Part shown: piece after piece, positions 41,230 to 49,582 of the stretch | How positions within the stretch are numbered: position 1 is the stretch's first letter | Layout: each line of letters begins with the position of its first letter | Source of the DNA: an uncultured Erysipelotrichaceae bacterium | Lineage (GTDB): Bacteria; Bacillota_I; Bacilli_A; RFN20; CAG-826 | Assembly: GCA_902803285.1 (NCBI GenBank) | Contig: CADCPC010000069.1 | Span: 1-50,729 of the forward strand | Length of the DNA: 50,729 nucleotides | Direction: 5' to 3' | Made by a program: the position numbers and the translations under genes | Notes under the pieces: model-generated | What the model saw: the letters and a program-made list of their open reading frames with translations, nothing else | Database searches by the model: none | Told to the model about the DNA's origin: nothing

Positions 41230-42900
41230 ATGGAAAAGAGTATTTCTAAACCTGTTTCTATTTATGCTCTTGGTGGGCTTGGTGAAGTCGGCAAAAACAT
41301 GTACTGTTTTGAAAATGAAAATCAAATAGTAATTATCGACTGTGGTGTTAAATTCCCAGGAGTTGAATTACCTGGAATTGATTATATCGTTCCTGATTTT
41401 ACTCATCTTAAAAACAACAAGAACAAAATCCGTGCTTTGATCATTACTCATGGCCATGAAGATCATATCGGTGGCATTCCTTTCCTCATCCAACATGTTA
41501 ATATCCCTGTTATTTACGCGCCTAGGCTCGCGTCCGCATTAATTAAAAGTAGATTAGAAGAATATCGTATTGCTGATAGAGTCAATATCGTAGAATACGA
41601 TAGTGACACTAAAATCAAATTAGGCGACTTCAATGTTTCATTCTTTAGAGTCACTCACTCCATCCCTGATTCTTTTGGAGTAGTTTTAGATACCAGTGAA
41701 GGTAGAATCGTTTCTACTGGAGATTTCAAAGTAGATCTCACCCCTATCGGACCAGACATTGAACTTCAAAAAATTGCAGAACTTGGAAGAGAAGGTGTCG
41801 ATTTGCTTCTCTCTGATTCCACTAATGCAGAAAATGAAGGCTATACCCCTAGTGAAAAGAATGTTTTTGATTCTATTAATGAAATATTTAATGACGCTCA
41901 AGGAAGAATTGTTGTATCAACATTCTCTAGCAACATCTCTCGTATTCAACAAATATGCGAATCTGCGGTTGCTCATGGACGTAAGATAGTCATCGTTGGA
42001 AGAAGCATGGAAAAAGTTGTTGAGATTGCCCGTGGCTTTGGATATATCAAAATTCCTGATAATTCCATCATCCCTTCTACAGACATCAAACAATACCGCA
42101 ACTCTGAAATATTGATTTTATGTACTGGTAGCCAAGGTGAACCTAATGCTGCTTTATCAAGAATTGCAGCTGGTGAACATAAAGATGTCAAAATCATTCC
42201 TGGAGATACAGTTGTCTTTTCTAGCAGTGCGATTCCAGGTAACGGCATCATGATTGCTCACATTGTTAACTTATTAACTAGATGTGGGGCAGACTGTATC
42301 ACCAATTCCATTTTGGCGGATATTCACTCATCAGGTCACCCATCTAAGCAAGAACTTCGTTTGGTCTTAAAACTATTTAATCCTAAGTATTTCATGCCAA
42401 TGCATGGTGAGTATCGTATGCTTCGTTTACATGCAGAAATAGCCACTTCTTTAGGAATTCCAGCGGAGAACTGCTTTGTTTTAGATAATGGAGACGTCTT
42501 AACTTTAGCTAAGCACAAAGTCACAAGAGGATATGCGGTTGAGCATGGTGTCTCTTATATTGACGGCAAAGATATTAACGGCTTAAATGATGCAGTTATA
42601 GAAGATAGAAAGGCCTTAACTAATGACGGCATGATGATTGTCGCAGTTTCTATTGATTCTAACGCCAACACATTAATTGGAGAACCTGTAATATTTAACC
42701 GTGGAGTTATTCAAATTAATATCACTAAAACCATTGAAGAATGTAGTTCTTTAGTGGGCAAAGCAGTAAGAGAAAAATTAGCCACCAAAACTAATTTTGC
42801 CGAACTTAAAATTGTTATCAAAAATGTCGCAGATAAATATCTATATGCGAAGACACAACGTCATCCAATGATTATTCCAGTAATCATGAACAAAAACTAA
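41230..42900 (+). CDS. rnj: Ribonuclease J
   Basis: Metallo-beta-lactamase 'ITHGHEDHIGG' and beta-CASP 'FSSSAIPGN...HSSGH'. 556 aa. SD GGAGGAAG. Confidence 0.94.
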   Translation: MEKSISKPVSIYALGGLGEVGKNMYCFENENQIVIIDCGVKFPGVELPGIDYIVPDFTHLKNNKNKIRALIITHGHEDHIGGIPFLIQHVNIPVIYAPRLASALIKSRLEEYRIADRVNIVEYDSDTKIKLGDFNVSFFRVTHSIPDSFGVVLDTSEGRIVSTGDFKVDLTPIGPDIELQKIAELGREGVDLLLSDSTNAENEGYTPSEKNVFDSINEIFNDAQGRIVVSTFSSNISRIQQICESAVAHGRKIVIVGRSMEKVVEIARGFGYIKIPDNSIIPSTDIKQYRNSEILILCTGSQGEPNAALSRIAAGEHKDVKIIPGDTVVFSSSAIPGNGIMIAHIVNLLTRCGADCITNSILADIHSSGHPSKQELRLVLKLFNPKYFMPMHGEYRMLRLHAEIATSLGIPAENCFVLDNGDVLTLAKHKVTRGYAVEHGVSYIDGKDINGLNDAVIEDRKALTNDGMMIVAVSIDSNANTLIGEPVIFNRGVIQINITKTIEECSSLVGKAVREKLATKTNFAELKIVIKNVADKYLYAKTQRHPMIIPVIMNKN

Positions 42901-43460
42901 TGAAATATATTTTAGCGAGCTCATCACCAAGAAGAAGAGAATTGATGAAGGAAATCACTCCTGAGTTTTTAGTTTGTCCTTCCAATATTGATGAGAATTC
43001 TCCTAGAGATTTCTCTATAAGAGAAAAAGTCGCGTTTGTTGCAAGAAATAAAGGTTTATCAATATTAGAAAAGTATCCAGAAGATTTAATTATTTCTGCT
43101 GACACAATCGTGGTTATTAATAATCAAATTATTGGTAAACCGGTTGATAAAGAAGACGCCAAAAGAATATTGAGATTATTAAGTGGCAACAAACACGAAG
43201 TATTAACCGCTTTTACAATCTTTTATAAGCATAAAGAGATATCTGACATCGTCTCTTCTTTTGTCTATTTTAACAAGATGAGTGAACAAACAATTGAAGA
43301 ATATGTAGAATCGCTTTCACCATTAGACAAAGCAGGAGCGTATGGTGTACAAGATAATGAAAAATACCACTTCATTGATAAAGTGGTCGGAAGTATCAAA
43401 AACGTCATCGGATTCCCAGTTGAAGAAATTAAAGAAGCGATAAGAAAAATAGAGGAATAG
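42900..43460 (+). CDS. maf: Maf-family nucleoside triphosphate pyrophosphatase
   Basis: 'ILASSSPRRRELM', 'ISADTIV' and 'GAYGVQD'. TAATG overlap with rnj. Confidence 0.87.
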   Translation: MKYILASSSPRRRELMKEITPEFLVCPSNIDENSPRDFSIREKVAFVARNKGLSILEKYPEDLIISADTIVVINNQIIGKPVDKEDAKRILRLLSGNKHEVLTAFTIFYKHKEISDIVSSFVYFNKMSEQTIEEYVESLSPLDKAGAYGVQDNEKYHFIDKVVGSIKNVIGFPVEEIKEAIRKIEE

Positions 43461-43463
43461 CCT

Positions 43464-43601
43464 CTATTTCTTTTTATTAAGAACAATAATCACTATTACA
43501 AAGATAATGGAGACTACTATTCCAATAGCGAGGAATATGCCATTCTCTTTTAAGAAGGCATTAAAATCATCTTTAAATGTTGAGAGGATTATATTAATCA
43601 T
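43464..43601 (-). CDS. Candidate 45-aa single-TM small protein, below the ORF-track length cutoff
   Basis: My translation is MINIILSTFKDDFNAFLKENGIFLAIGIVVSIIFVIVIIVLNKKK. The ATG overlaps the nadK stop (AATGATTAA). Confidence 0.3.
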   Translation of the reverse strand: MINIILSTFKDDFNAFLKENGIFLAIGIVVSIIFVIVIIVLNKKK

Positions 43602-44388
43602 TATTAAATGCCTCGCTTAAATGAGTGATAAACGAATGAGTGTTTTTATATATAACATTAACTCTCTTGTCTGATAATTTGATCAATAAACAATCAGAAG
43701 TCTCGCTAAATGTTAAATGATCATAGCCAACCACTATCTCTTCGAAGTCTCCGGTTAGCATAATTTTGCTATCTTTAGAGAGCACCAAAGAAGAGCCTAA
43801 GGAATTATATAAACGATTATTAATTGGGGCGATTTCAGTTAACTGCAATGTTTCTAATTGAGGAAGGACAACGCTTCCACCTAATGATTTGTTATAAGCA
43901 CTACTGCCTAAACTAGAGCAAACGCATAATCCATTACCACGGAAAGTTTCAAATTCCTCATCATCGATATAAACCTTTGCATTTAATGTATGGAAAGGAT
44001 TTTCAATCCTAATCTCATTAACAGCATATATTTTGTCACTATTGATAGTGCCTTCTAATATTCTGAATGAATGTAAATTGAAGTCATCATTAGAAAGAGA
44101 AATTAATATATTATCAATATCTTCTAAACTAAAATCAGTGTAAAAGCCTAATGACCCTTTGTTAATGCCTACAAAAAGAATGTTGTCGATGTCTTCAATG
44201 TAGGTATGAACCGCTCTTAAGAAAGTGCCATCACCACCAACAAAAATCACAACTTCTGGATGTTCTTGATCAAAAGTAAAACCATATTCGCTAATCTTAC
44301 TAACGATAAGAGTAGGAATATCACTATCAATTAGTTCGTCTTTAACAAATAATCCAATTTTCATTTTCGTTTGCCTGATTTTTTTCAT
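43594..44388 (-). CDS. nadK: NAD kinase
   Basis: 'VIFVGGDGTFLRA' and 'SSLGSSAYNKSLGG'. An alternative start at ATG 44364 (MKIGLFV) is possible. Confidence 0.88.
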   Translation of the reverse strand: MKKIRQTKMKIGLFVKDELIDSDIPTLIVSKISEYGFTFDQEHPEVVIFVGGDGTFLRAVHTYIEDIDNILFVGINKGSLGFYTDFSLEDIDNILISLSNDDFNLHSFRILEGTINSDKIYAVNEIRIENPFHTLNAKVYIDDEEFETFRGNGLCVCSSLGSSAYNKSLGGSVVLPQLETLQLTEIAPINNRLYNSLGSSLVLSKDSKIMLTGDFEEIVVGYDHLTFSETSDCLLIKLSDKRVNVIYKNTHSFITHLSEAFNND

Positions 44389-44399
44389 TATATCATAAT
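44371..44399 (+). promoter_or_regulatory. Promoter TTGCCT-17-CATAAT, 6 nt upstream of ATG 44406, embedded in the nadK 5' end
   Basis: TTGCCT 44371..44376 and CATAAT 44394..44399. No SD before the ATG. Confidence 0.5.
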
Positions 44400-44405
44400 G
44401 TTATT

Positions 44406-44999
44406 ATGAACGTTAACGACAAAGTATCAATGGAATATGAAGCTCGTGCTATGGTAGGCGAAAAGCAATATCACGAGATATTATCGCAATATTTAAAGAG
44501 TGGTTATAAAGTCAATCACGTCATTAATAAAAACACATATTTTGATAACGATGAGTTATATCTTACCAATCATGATACGGTTTTAAGAAAAAGACAATTC
44601 AACGAAAAGTTAGAAGCTACTGTTAAAAGAAGGGTTGAAAAAGGCAATAAAGAAATCAATGTCAGACTCGATGATTCGTTAATAGATAGCGTAGATCCAT
44701 TATTGTTATTTAATGATGAAATCATTATTAAAGAATTAAATGGCAAAAATGTATCTGTTGGAGAATTAAAGGTTGTTGGAAAATTAACTACAGATAGATA
44801 TGAGTTTGAGATTAATCCTAACTGCTTATTAGTGGTTGATAAAAACGATTATAACCACCGCATTGATTATAACGTTGAAGTAGAAGCATCTAGTAAAGAA
44901 GAGGCTAAAGAAGTTATTAAGTCAATTCTATCTAGTTTTGGAGTGACATATAAAAAGGATTACGTTAGTAAATCACGTCGCGCAATCCTTAAAAAATAA
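44406..44999 (+). CDS. CYTH-domain protein (YjbK-like triphosphate tunnel metalloenzyme)
   Basis: N-terminal 'MEYEARAMV' (ExExK/R-like), about 195 aa, adjacent to nadK as yjbK is in B. subtilis. Confidence 0.6.
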   Translation: MNVNDKVSMEYEARAMVGEKQYHEILSQYLKSGYKVNHVINKNTYFDNDELYLTNHDTVLRKRQFNEKLEATVKRRVEKGNKEINVRLDDSLIDSVDPLLLFNDEIIIKELNGKNVSVGELKVVGKLTTDRYEFEINPNCLLVVDKNDYNHRIDYNVEVEASSKEEAKEVIKSILSSFGVTYKKDYVSKSRRAILKK

Positions 45000-45000
45000 T

Positions 45001-45420
45001 CTATTTATTTTCACAAGAGGTGAATGCCGGGCATTCATCTTTTTTGCATGACCATTCCGCCACCCTTCTTTCGTGAGGAATGAACACTCTAATTTCTTCT
45101 TCGTTATATCCCACTTGGATTTTGCTTTCATCAACCATGATTGGTCTTTTCAAAACTGATGGGTTTTTCCTTACGAATTGGATGAGTTCATTGATAGTCA
45201 TACTATCAATATCTACACCACTTTCCTTGATAACCTTGCTTCTAGTAGAGATGATATCTTCTGTTCCATTTTCACTTTTAACCAAGATATCTCTTAATTC
45301 GTTTTCGTTTAAATCTGTGACTAAAATATTCTTCTCTAGATAAGGAATGTTTTCCTCAGTGAAGAACTTTTTCGCTTTGCGGCAAGATGAACAAGATGGA
45401 GTTGTATATATTTTAATCAT
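45001..45420 (-). CDS. spx: Spx/ArsC-family redox-sensing transcriptional regulator with an unusual Cys-rich C-terminal tail
   Basis: 'MIKIYTTPSCSSCRKAKKFF', 'ISTRSK', 'LKRPIMVDESKIQVGYNEEEIRVFIP'. Confidence 0.82.
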   Translation of the reverse strand: MIKIYTTPSCSSCRKAKKFFTEENIPYLEKNILVTDLNENELRDILVKSENGTEDIISTRSKVIKESGVDIDSMTINELIQFVRKNPSVLKRPIMVDESKIQVGYNEEEIRVFIPHERRVAEWSCKKDECPAFTSCENK

Positions 45421-45546
45421 GCTAATAATTTACAATAATTTTACATATAACATATAGATTTTTTTGAAAAATAAGAGAAATGAATTGTTTTCATTTCTTG
45501 ATATTAGTTATAAATAACTCTAAACTATTTCATAAAGGTGATAATT

Positions 45547-46536
45547 ATGGCAGAAAGAATTTTAACAGGTATTAAACCAACTGGCCAACTAACTCTTGGC
45601 AATTACATCGGAGTATTAAAACATCTCCACAAAGAAGTAGATAGAGGCGAATGCTTTTATTTCATCGCTGATCTACACGCTTTAACTTTGCCAATCGAAC
45701 CAGAAGTTCTCCGCCAAAATTCTATCGATCTTGCATGTTTCTATCTAGCAGCAGGATTAGATCCTAAAAAGGTAACACTATTCCTACAATCTTCTGTCAG
45801 CGCTCATGCTGAACTCAATGCTATCATGCAAAATTATCTCTATATGGGCGAATTATCAAGAATGACACAGTTCAAAGATAAGTCCGCTAAGATGAAAGAG
45901 AACGCAATTGGCTTAGGCTTATTTGCTTATCCTGTTTTGATGGCATCAGACATCATCCTTTATGATGCAAGCATTGTTCCGGTAGGAGAAGATCAAATTC
46001 AACACGTTGAATTAACTAGAGATTTAGTTAATAGAATCAATAATCGCTACGGCGATATTCTCACTATGCCAAAAGCAGAGATGAGAAAAGTTGGCGCCAG
46101 AATTATGTCATTAAGTGATCCAACTAAGAAAATGTCTAAGAGCGATCCTAAAGGCGACATCTTTTTAAAAGATGACTTAGCGGTTATTCGTAAAAAGATT
46201 ATGTCTGCAGTCACAGATTCAGGAAGCGAAGTCAAATACGATGTCGAAAATAAACCTGGTATTTCTAACTTATTAACTATCTACGCTGCACTTAAAGAAA
46301 TCTCTATTGAAGAAGCAGAAAAAGAATTTGTTAATTCAAGATATGGAGACTTCAAAAAAGCAGTTGCTGATGTTGTTTGTGCTGAAATGGAAGTATTCCA
46401 AAAGAAATATCGCGAAATCTTAGAATCTAAGGCTTATGAAGAAGTATTAAAAGAAGGCGCAATTAAAGCTAATAAAATTGCTAACATCACTCTTAAGAGA
46501 GTTAAAAAAGCTGTTGGCTTATTAAATATCGATTAA
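45547..46536 (+). CDS. trpS: Tryptophanyl-tRNA synthetase
   Basis: 'GIKPTGQLTLGNYIG', 'GEDQIQHVEL' and 'KMSKS'. ATG 45547 follows AAAGGTGA (the track start at 45538 is GTG). Confidence 0.95.
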   Translation: MAERILTGIKPTGQLTLGNYIGVLKHLHKEVDRGECFYFIADLHALTLPIEPEVLRQNSIDLACFYLAAGLDPKKVTLFLQSSVSAHAELNAIMQNYLYMGELSRMTQFKDKSAKMKENAIGLGLFAYPVLMASDIILYDASIVPVGEDQIQHVELTRDLVNRINNRYGDILTMPKAEMRKVGARIMSLSDPTKKMSKSDPKGDIFLKDDLAVIRKKIMSAVTDSGSEVKYDVENKPGISNLLTIYAALKEISIEEAEKEFVNSRYGDFKKAVADVVCAEMEVFQKKYREILESKAYEEVLKEGAIKANKIANITLKRVKKAVGLLNID

Positions 46537-46542
46537 TCTAAT

Positions 46543-46563
46543 AGACTGCTTATGCAGTCTTTT
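46543..46563 (+). terminator. Weak intrinsic terminator/attenuator after trpS
   Basis: 7-bp stem AGACTGC / GCAGTCT with loop TTAT, then only TTT. The SD of the next gene follows within 10 nt. Confidence 0.45.
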
Positions 46564-46583
46564 AAATATCAAAGGAGAATATT

Positions 46584-47840
46584 ATGGCAAATAAAAACAT
46601 TCCAATTACATTAATTACTGGATATCTAGGAAGTGGCAAAACCACTTTAATCAATCATATCTTAAAACACGCTAATGGATATCATATGGCGGTTATCGTT
46701 AATGATTTAGGAGAAATTAACATCGACGCTGAATTAATTCAAAAAGGCGGAGTTGTTTCTTCTCAAGATGATAATCTTGTTTCATTACAAAACGGATGTA
46801 TCTGCTGCACATTAAAGAAAGACTTAATCAACCAATTAGCAGATTTAGTCAATTCTGGAAACTTTGACCATATCCTAATTGAAGCTTCTGGCATTTGCGA
46901 ACCAGTTCCAATTGCTCAAACCATCTCCTATATGGAAGAAGAATTTAAAAGACAAGGTCTACCAAAGTTCTATTATTTAGACGCAATTATATCAGTGACA
47001 GATGCGTTAAGACTTAGAGATGAATTCGGGTGTGGAGAAGTCTTCAAAGAAACTGTCCGTGGAGAAGAAGATTTAGAGAATCTTATCATCCAGCAAATTG
47101 AGTTCTGTGACATTATCTTACTCAATAAAGTAAGTGAGATTTCTAAAGAAGAATTAGAGAAAGTTAAAAAGACTGTTGTCGCTATTCAACCACACGCTAA
47201 AATCATCGAAACAGACTTCTGTGATGTAGAATTATCTACTTTAGTAGATACTGGTCTATTTGATTTTGAAACAGCCTCTACTTCTGCAGCCTGGATTAGA
47301 GAATTTGAAGATTGGGATAACGAAGTTGACGCTGATGAAGATCATGATGAAGATGAGCATGAACATCATCACCACGATGACGATGATGACGAAGGCGAAC
47401 ACGAAGAACACCATCGCCACCATCATCACCATCACCACGAACATGGAGTGGATGAAAATGACGATGAGGGCACTGCTGATGAATATAACGTAAATACATT
47501 TGTCTATTATCGTAGAAGACCATTCGATAGAGAGAAGTTTAGAGAATGGACTATGACAAATGGCAGAAACATTATTCGTAGTAAAGGAATCTTATATTTC
47601 ACCGATGAAAAAGAGAACTCATACGTATATGAATCAGCCGGAAGACAAATAAGATTATATGATAACGGCATCTGGTATGCTGATAGATTAAGTAGAAGAG
47701 AAATCGAATCGCTTAAAAGAAGAGACAAATTCTTCGCTCATGATTGGGATGATGAATATGGTGATCGCTTAATCAAATTAGTCTTTATCGGACAAAATCT
47801 TGATAAAGAAGGAATTAAAAGAGAATTAGATTTAATCTAA
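46584..47840 (+). CDS. COG0523 (CobW/YjiA/ZigA-like) G3E-family metallochaperone GTPase with a long His/Asp/Glu-rich insert
   Basis: 'ITGYLGSGKTTLINHIL', 'GCICC' and 'LLNKVS'. His-rich tract 'HEHHHHDDDDDEGEHEEHHRHHHHHHHEH'. Confidence 0.85.
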   Translation: MANKNIPITLITGYLGSGKTTLINHILKHANGYHMAVIVNDLGEINIDAELIQKGGVVSSQDDNLVSLQNGCICCTLKKDLINQLADLVNSGNFDHILIEASGICEPVPIAQTISYMEEEFKRQGLPKFYYLDAIISVTDALRLRDEFGCGEVFKETVRGEEDLENLIIQQIEFCDIILLNKVSEISKEELEKVKKTVVAIQPHAKIIETDFCDVELSTLVDTGLFDFETASTSAAWIREFEDWDNEVDADEDHDEDEHEHHHHDDDDDEGEHEEHHRHHHHHHHEHGVDENDDEGTADEYNVNTFVYYRRRPFDREKFREWTMTNGRNIIRSKGILYFTDEKENSYVYESAGRQIRLYDNGIWYADRLSRREIESLKRRDKFFAHDWDDEYGDRLIKLVFIGQNLDKEGIKRELDLI

Positions 47841-47845
47841 TAAAG

Positions 47846-47878
47846 AAAAATCGGGAAAATTCAAATCCCGATTTTTTT
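47846..47878. terminator. Bidirectional intrinsic terminator
   Basis: Stem ATCGGGA / TCCCGAT (47850..47856 / 47866..47872), flanked by A5 and T7. Confidence 0.8.
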
Positions 47879-49577
47879 ATATTTCTAAGACTTTTTTAAC
47901 TTCTTCGTAGATGTTATCTGGTTTGTCTTGTGCTTCTTTTAAAGAAGAGCCAACAACACCGATATAGAATTTAATCTTTGGTTCCGTTCCGCTTGGTCTA
48001 ACCGCAATATTAGTGCCATCTTTGAAATATAATTTCACAACATCGCTCTTAGGGAGATCGATTGGAGTTTTCTTGTCTCCTTCAACAGTTTCTTGTTTAT
48101 AGAAGTCATCAACTTTATAAGGAGTTAAACCATTAATCTCAATAAATGGGTTAGTGTGAAGCTTATTGGTAATAGCTTTCATCTTCGCGCTGCCTTCACT
48201 TCCTGCGAAAGAAATGGAATAAACCTTATCTTCGTGATAGCCAAATCTCTTTCCTAAATCTTCCCAAACTTGGTCAAGTTGTTTGCCTTGTAAGTGATAA
48301 TATAACGCCATTTCAGAATACATAATAATAGCTTGTAAGCCATCTTTGTCTCTAGCAAATGGAGCAATTAAGCAACCATAGCTTTCTTCGTAGCCAAATT
48401 CAAATTTAGGTCCATGTCCAAGCTTTTCATAATAGTCAATTCTATTGCCTATGAACTTAAAACCAGTAAGGAACTGCTCGGTTTTGACTCCATAATAGTC
48501 CGCAATTTCTTTGCCTAACGAAGAAGTAACAACTGTGTTATACATTGCTCCTTCTTTAGCAAGTAGCCCTCGCTTTTGTCTTTCAGAGAAGATATAATCC
48601 ATGAGCATTGCTGCACTTTGGTTACCGGTTAATAATCTATAATCACCTTTACTAGAAAGATAAGCTAAGCCACATCTATCACCATCAGGATCAGTCATAA
48701 CCACTAATTGAGCGTGAATCTCTTCTGCGAGTTTAAGAGATTCGATATAACTTCTTGGATCTTCTGGGTTAGGTGATAATGTACCGGAAAAATCTGGATC
48801 AGGCGAGCACTGCTTTTCTACAGGATATACTTCATATCCCAAATCTTTGAAAACACGCATTGCGTTTACATAGCTAGTACCATGATTAGGAGTGAAAACA
48901 ATCTTATAACCCTTTTTAGGCAAATCTCTGTTAATAGCGATAGCTTCTACTTCTTTAACATAGTCATCATCAATCTTGCTATCAAGCATGATGATTTCGG
49001 CTGGGTGACTCACAGGAGTATAAGTAACTTCTAATTCGTTAGGAAGAGCATTGATGATATCCACCAATCTTTTAATCTTGTCAGGAACTAATTGGCAGCC
49101 TGTTTCATCATAGACTTTATAGCCATTATGTTCTTTTGGGTTATGGCTAGCAGTAATCATGACTCCGCCAATAGCGTGAACATATCTTACAGCGTAAGAT
49201 AACTCTGGAGTTGGTCTAAGTGAATCAAAAATATAAGTTTTAATGCCGTGTTCTGACAAAACTTTAGCGGTTAACAAGGTAAATTCACGAGACATATGTC
49301 TATTATCATGAGAAATAACGACACCATCTTCTTTAGCGGTTGAATATTTTTCTAATAAGTATTTAGCAAAACCAATGGTCGCTTTTTTAACAGTATAAAC
49401 ATTAAGTCTATTAGTGCCAGGCCCTAAGATGCCTCTCATACCAGCAGTACCAAATTCAACATTCTTGAAGAATGCATCATCTTTTTCTGCTTCACTCATG
49501 TTTTTAAGAATCTCTTTATCTTCTTTAGAGACAACTGGCGATTCTAGCCAACGTTTATATTCTTGTTCAACACCCAT
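47877..49577 (-). CDS. pgm: Phosphoglucomutase / phosphomannomutase (alpha-D-phosphohexomutase family)
   Basis: 'ITASHNPKEHNGYK' phosphoserine loop, 'TDPDGDR', and 'RPSGTEPKIKFY'. Confidence 0.88.
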   Translation of the reverse strand: MGVEQEYKRWLESPVVSKEDKEILKNMSEAEKDDAFFKNVEFGTAGMRGILGPGTNRLNVYTVKKATIGFAKYLLEKYSTAKEDGVVISHDNRHMSREFTLLTAKVLSEHGIKTYIFDSLRPTPELSYAVRYVHAIGGVMITASHNPKEHNGYKVYDETGCQLVPDKIKRLVDIINALPNELEVTYTPVSHPAEIIMLDSKIDDDYVKEVEAIAINRDLPKKGYKIVFTPNHGTSYVNAMRVFKDLGYEVYPVEKQCSPDPDFSGTLSPNPEDPRSYIESLKLAEEIHAQLVVMTDPDGDRCGLAYLSSKGDYRLLTGNQSAAMLMDYIFSERQKRGLLAKEGAMYNTVVTSSLGKEIADYYGVKTEQFLTGFKFIGNRIDYYEKLGHGPKFEFGYEESYGCLIAPFARDKDGLQAIIMYSEMALYYHLQGKQLDQVWEDLGKRFGYHEDKVYSISFAGSEGSAKMKAITNKLHTNPFIEINGLTPYKVDDFYKQETVEGDKKTPIDLPKSDVVKLYFKDGTNIAVRPSGTEPKIKFYIGVVGSSLKEAQDKPDNIYEEVKKVLEI

Positions 49578-49582
49578 AATAT

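Noticed and set aside
45421-45546. Possible T-box leader upstream of trpS. The hairpin AGAAATGA/TCATTTCT lies at about 45476..45497.
   Set aside because: Only about 126 nt is available and it is shared with the divergent spx promoter. There is no T-box consensus (AATTAGGGTGGTACCGCG-like), no specifier-loop architecture, and the hairpin lacks a T-run. Likewise proS has no leader at all.
47256-47523. Three overlapping ORFs (47256..47444 minus, 47260..47493 plus, 47296..47523 minus) and apparent tandem repetition within 47320..47485.
   Set aside because: An artefact of the GAT/GAA/CAT/CAC codon repetition encoding the His/Asp/Glu tract of the COG0523 protein. It is not an independent repeat element or gene.
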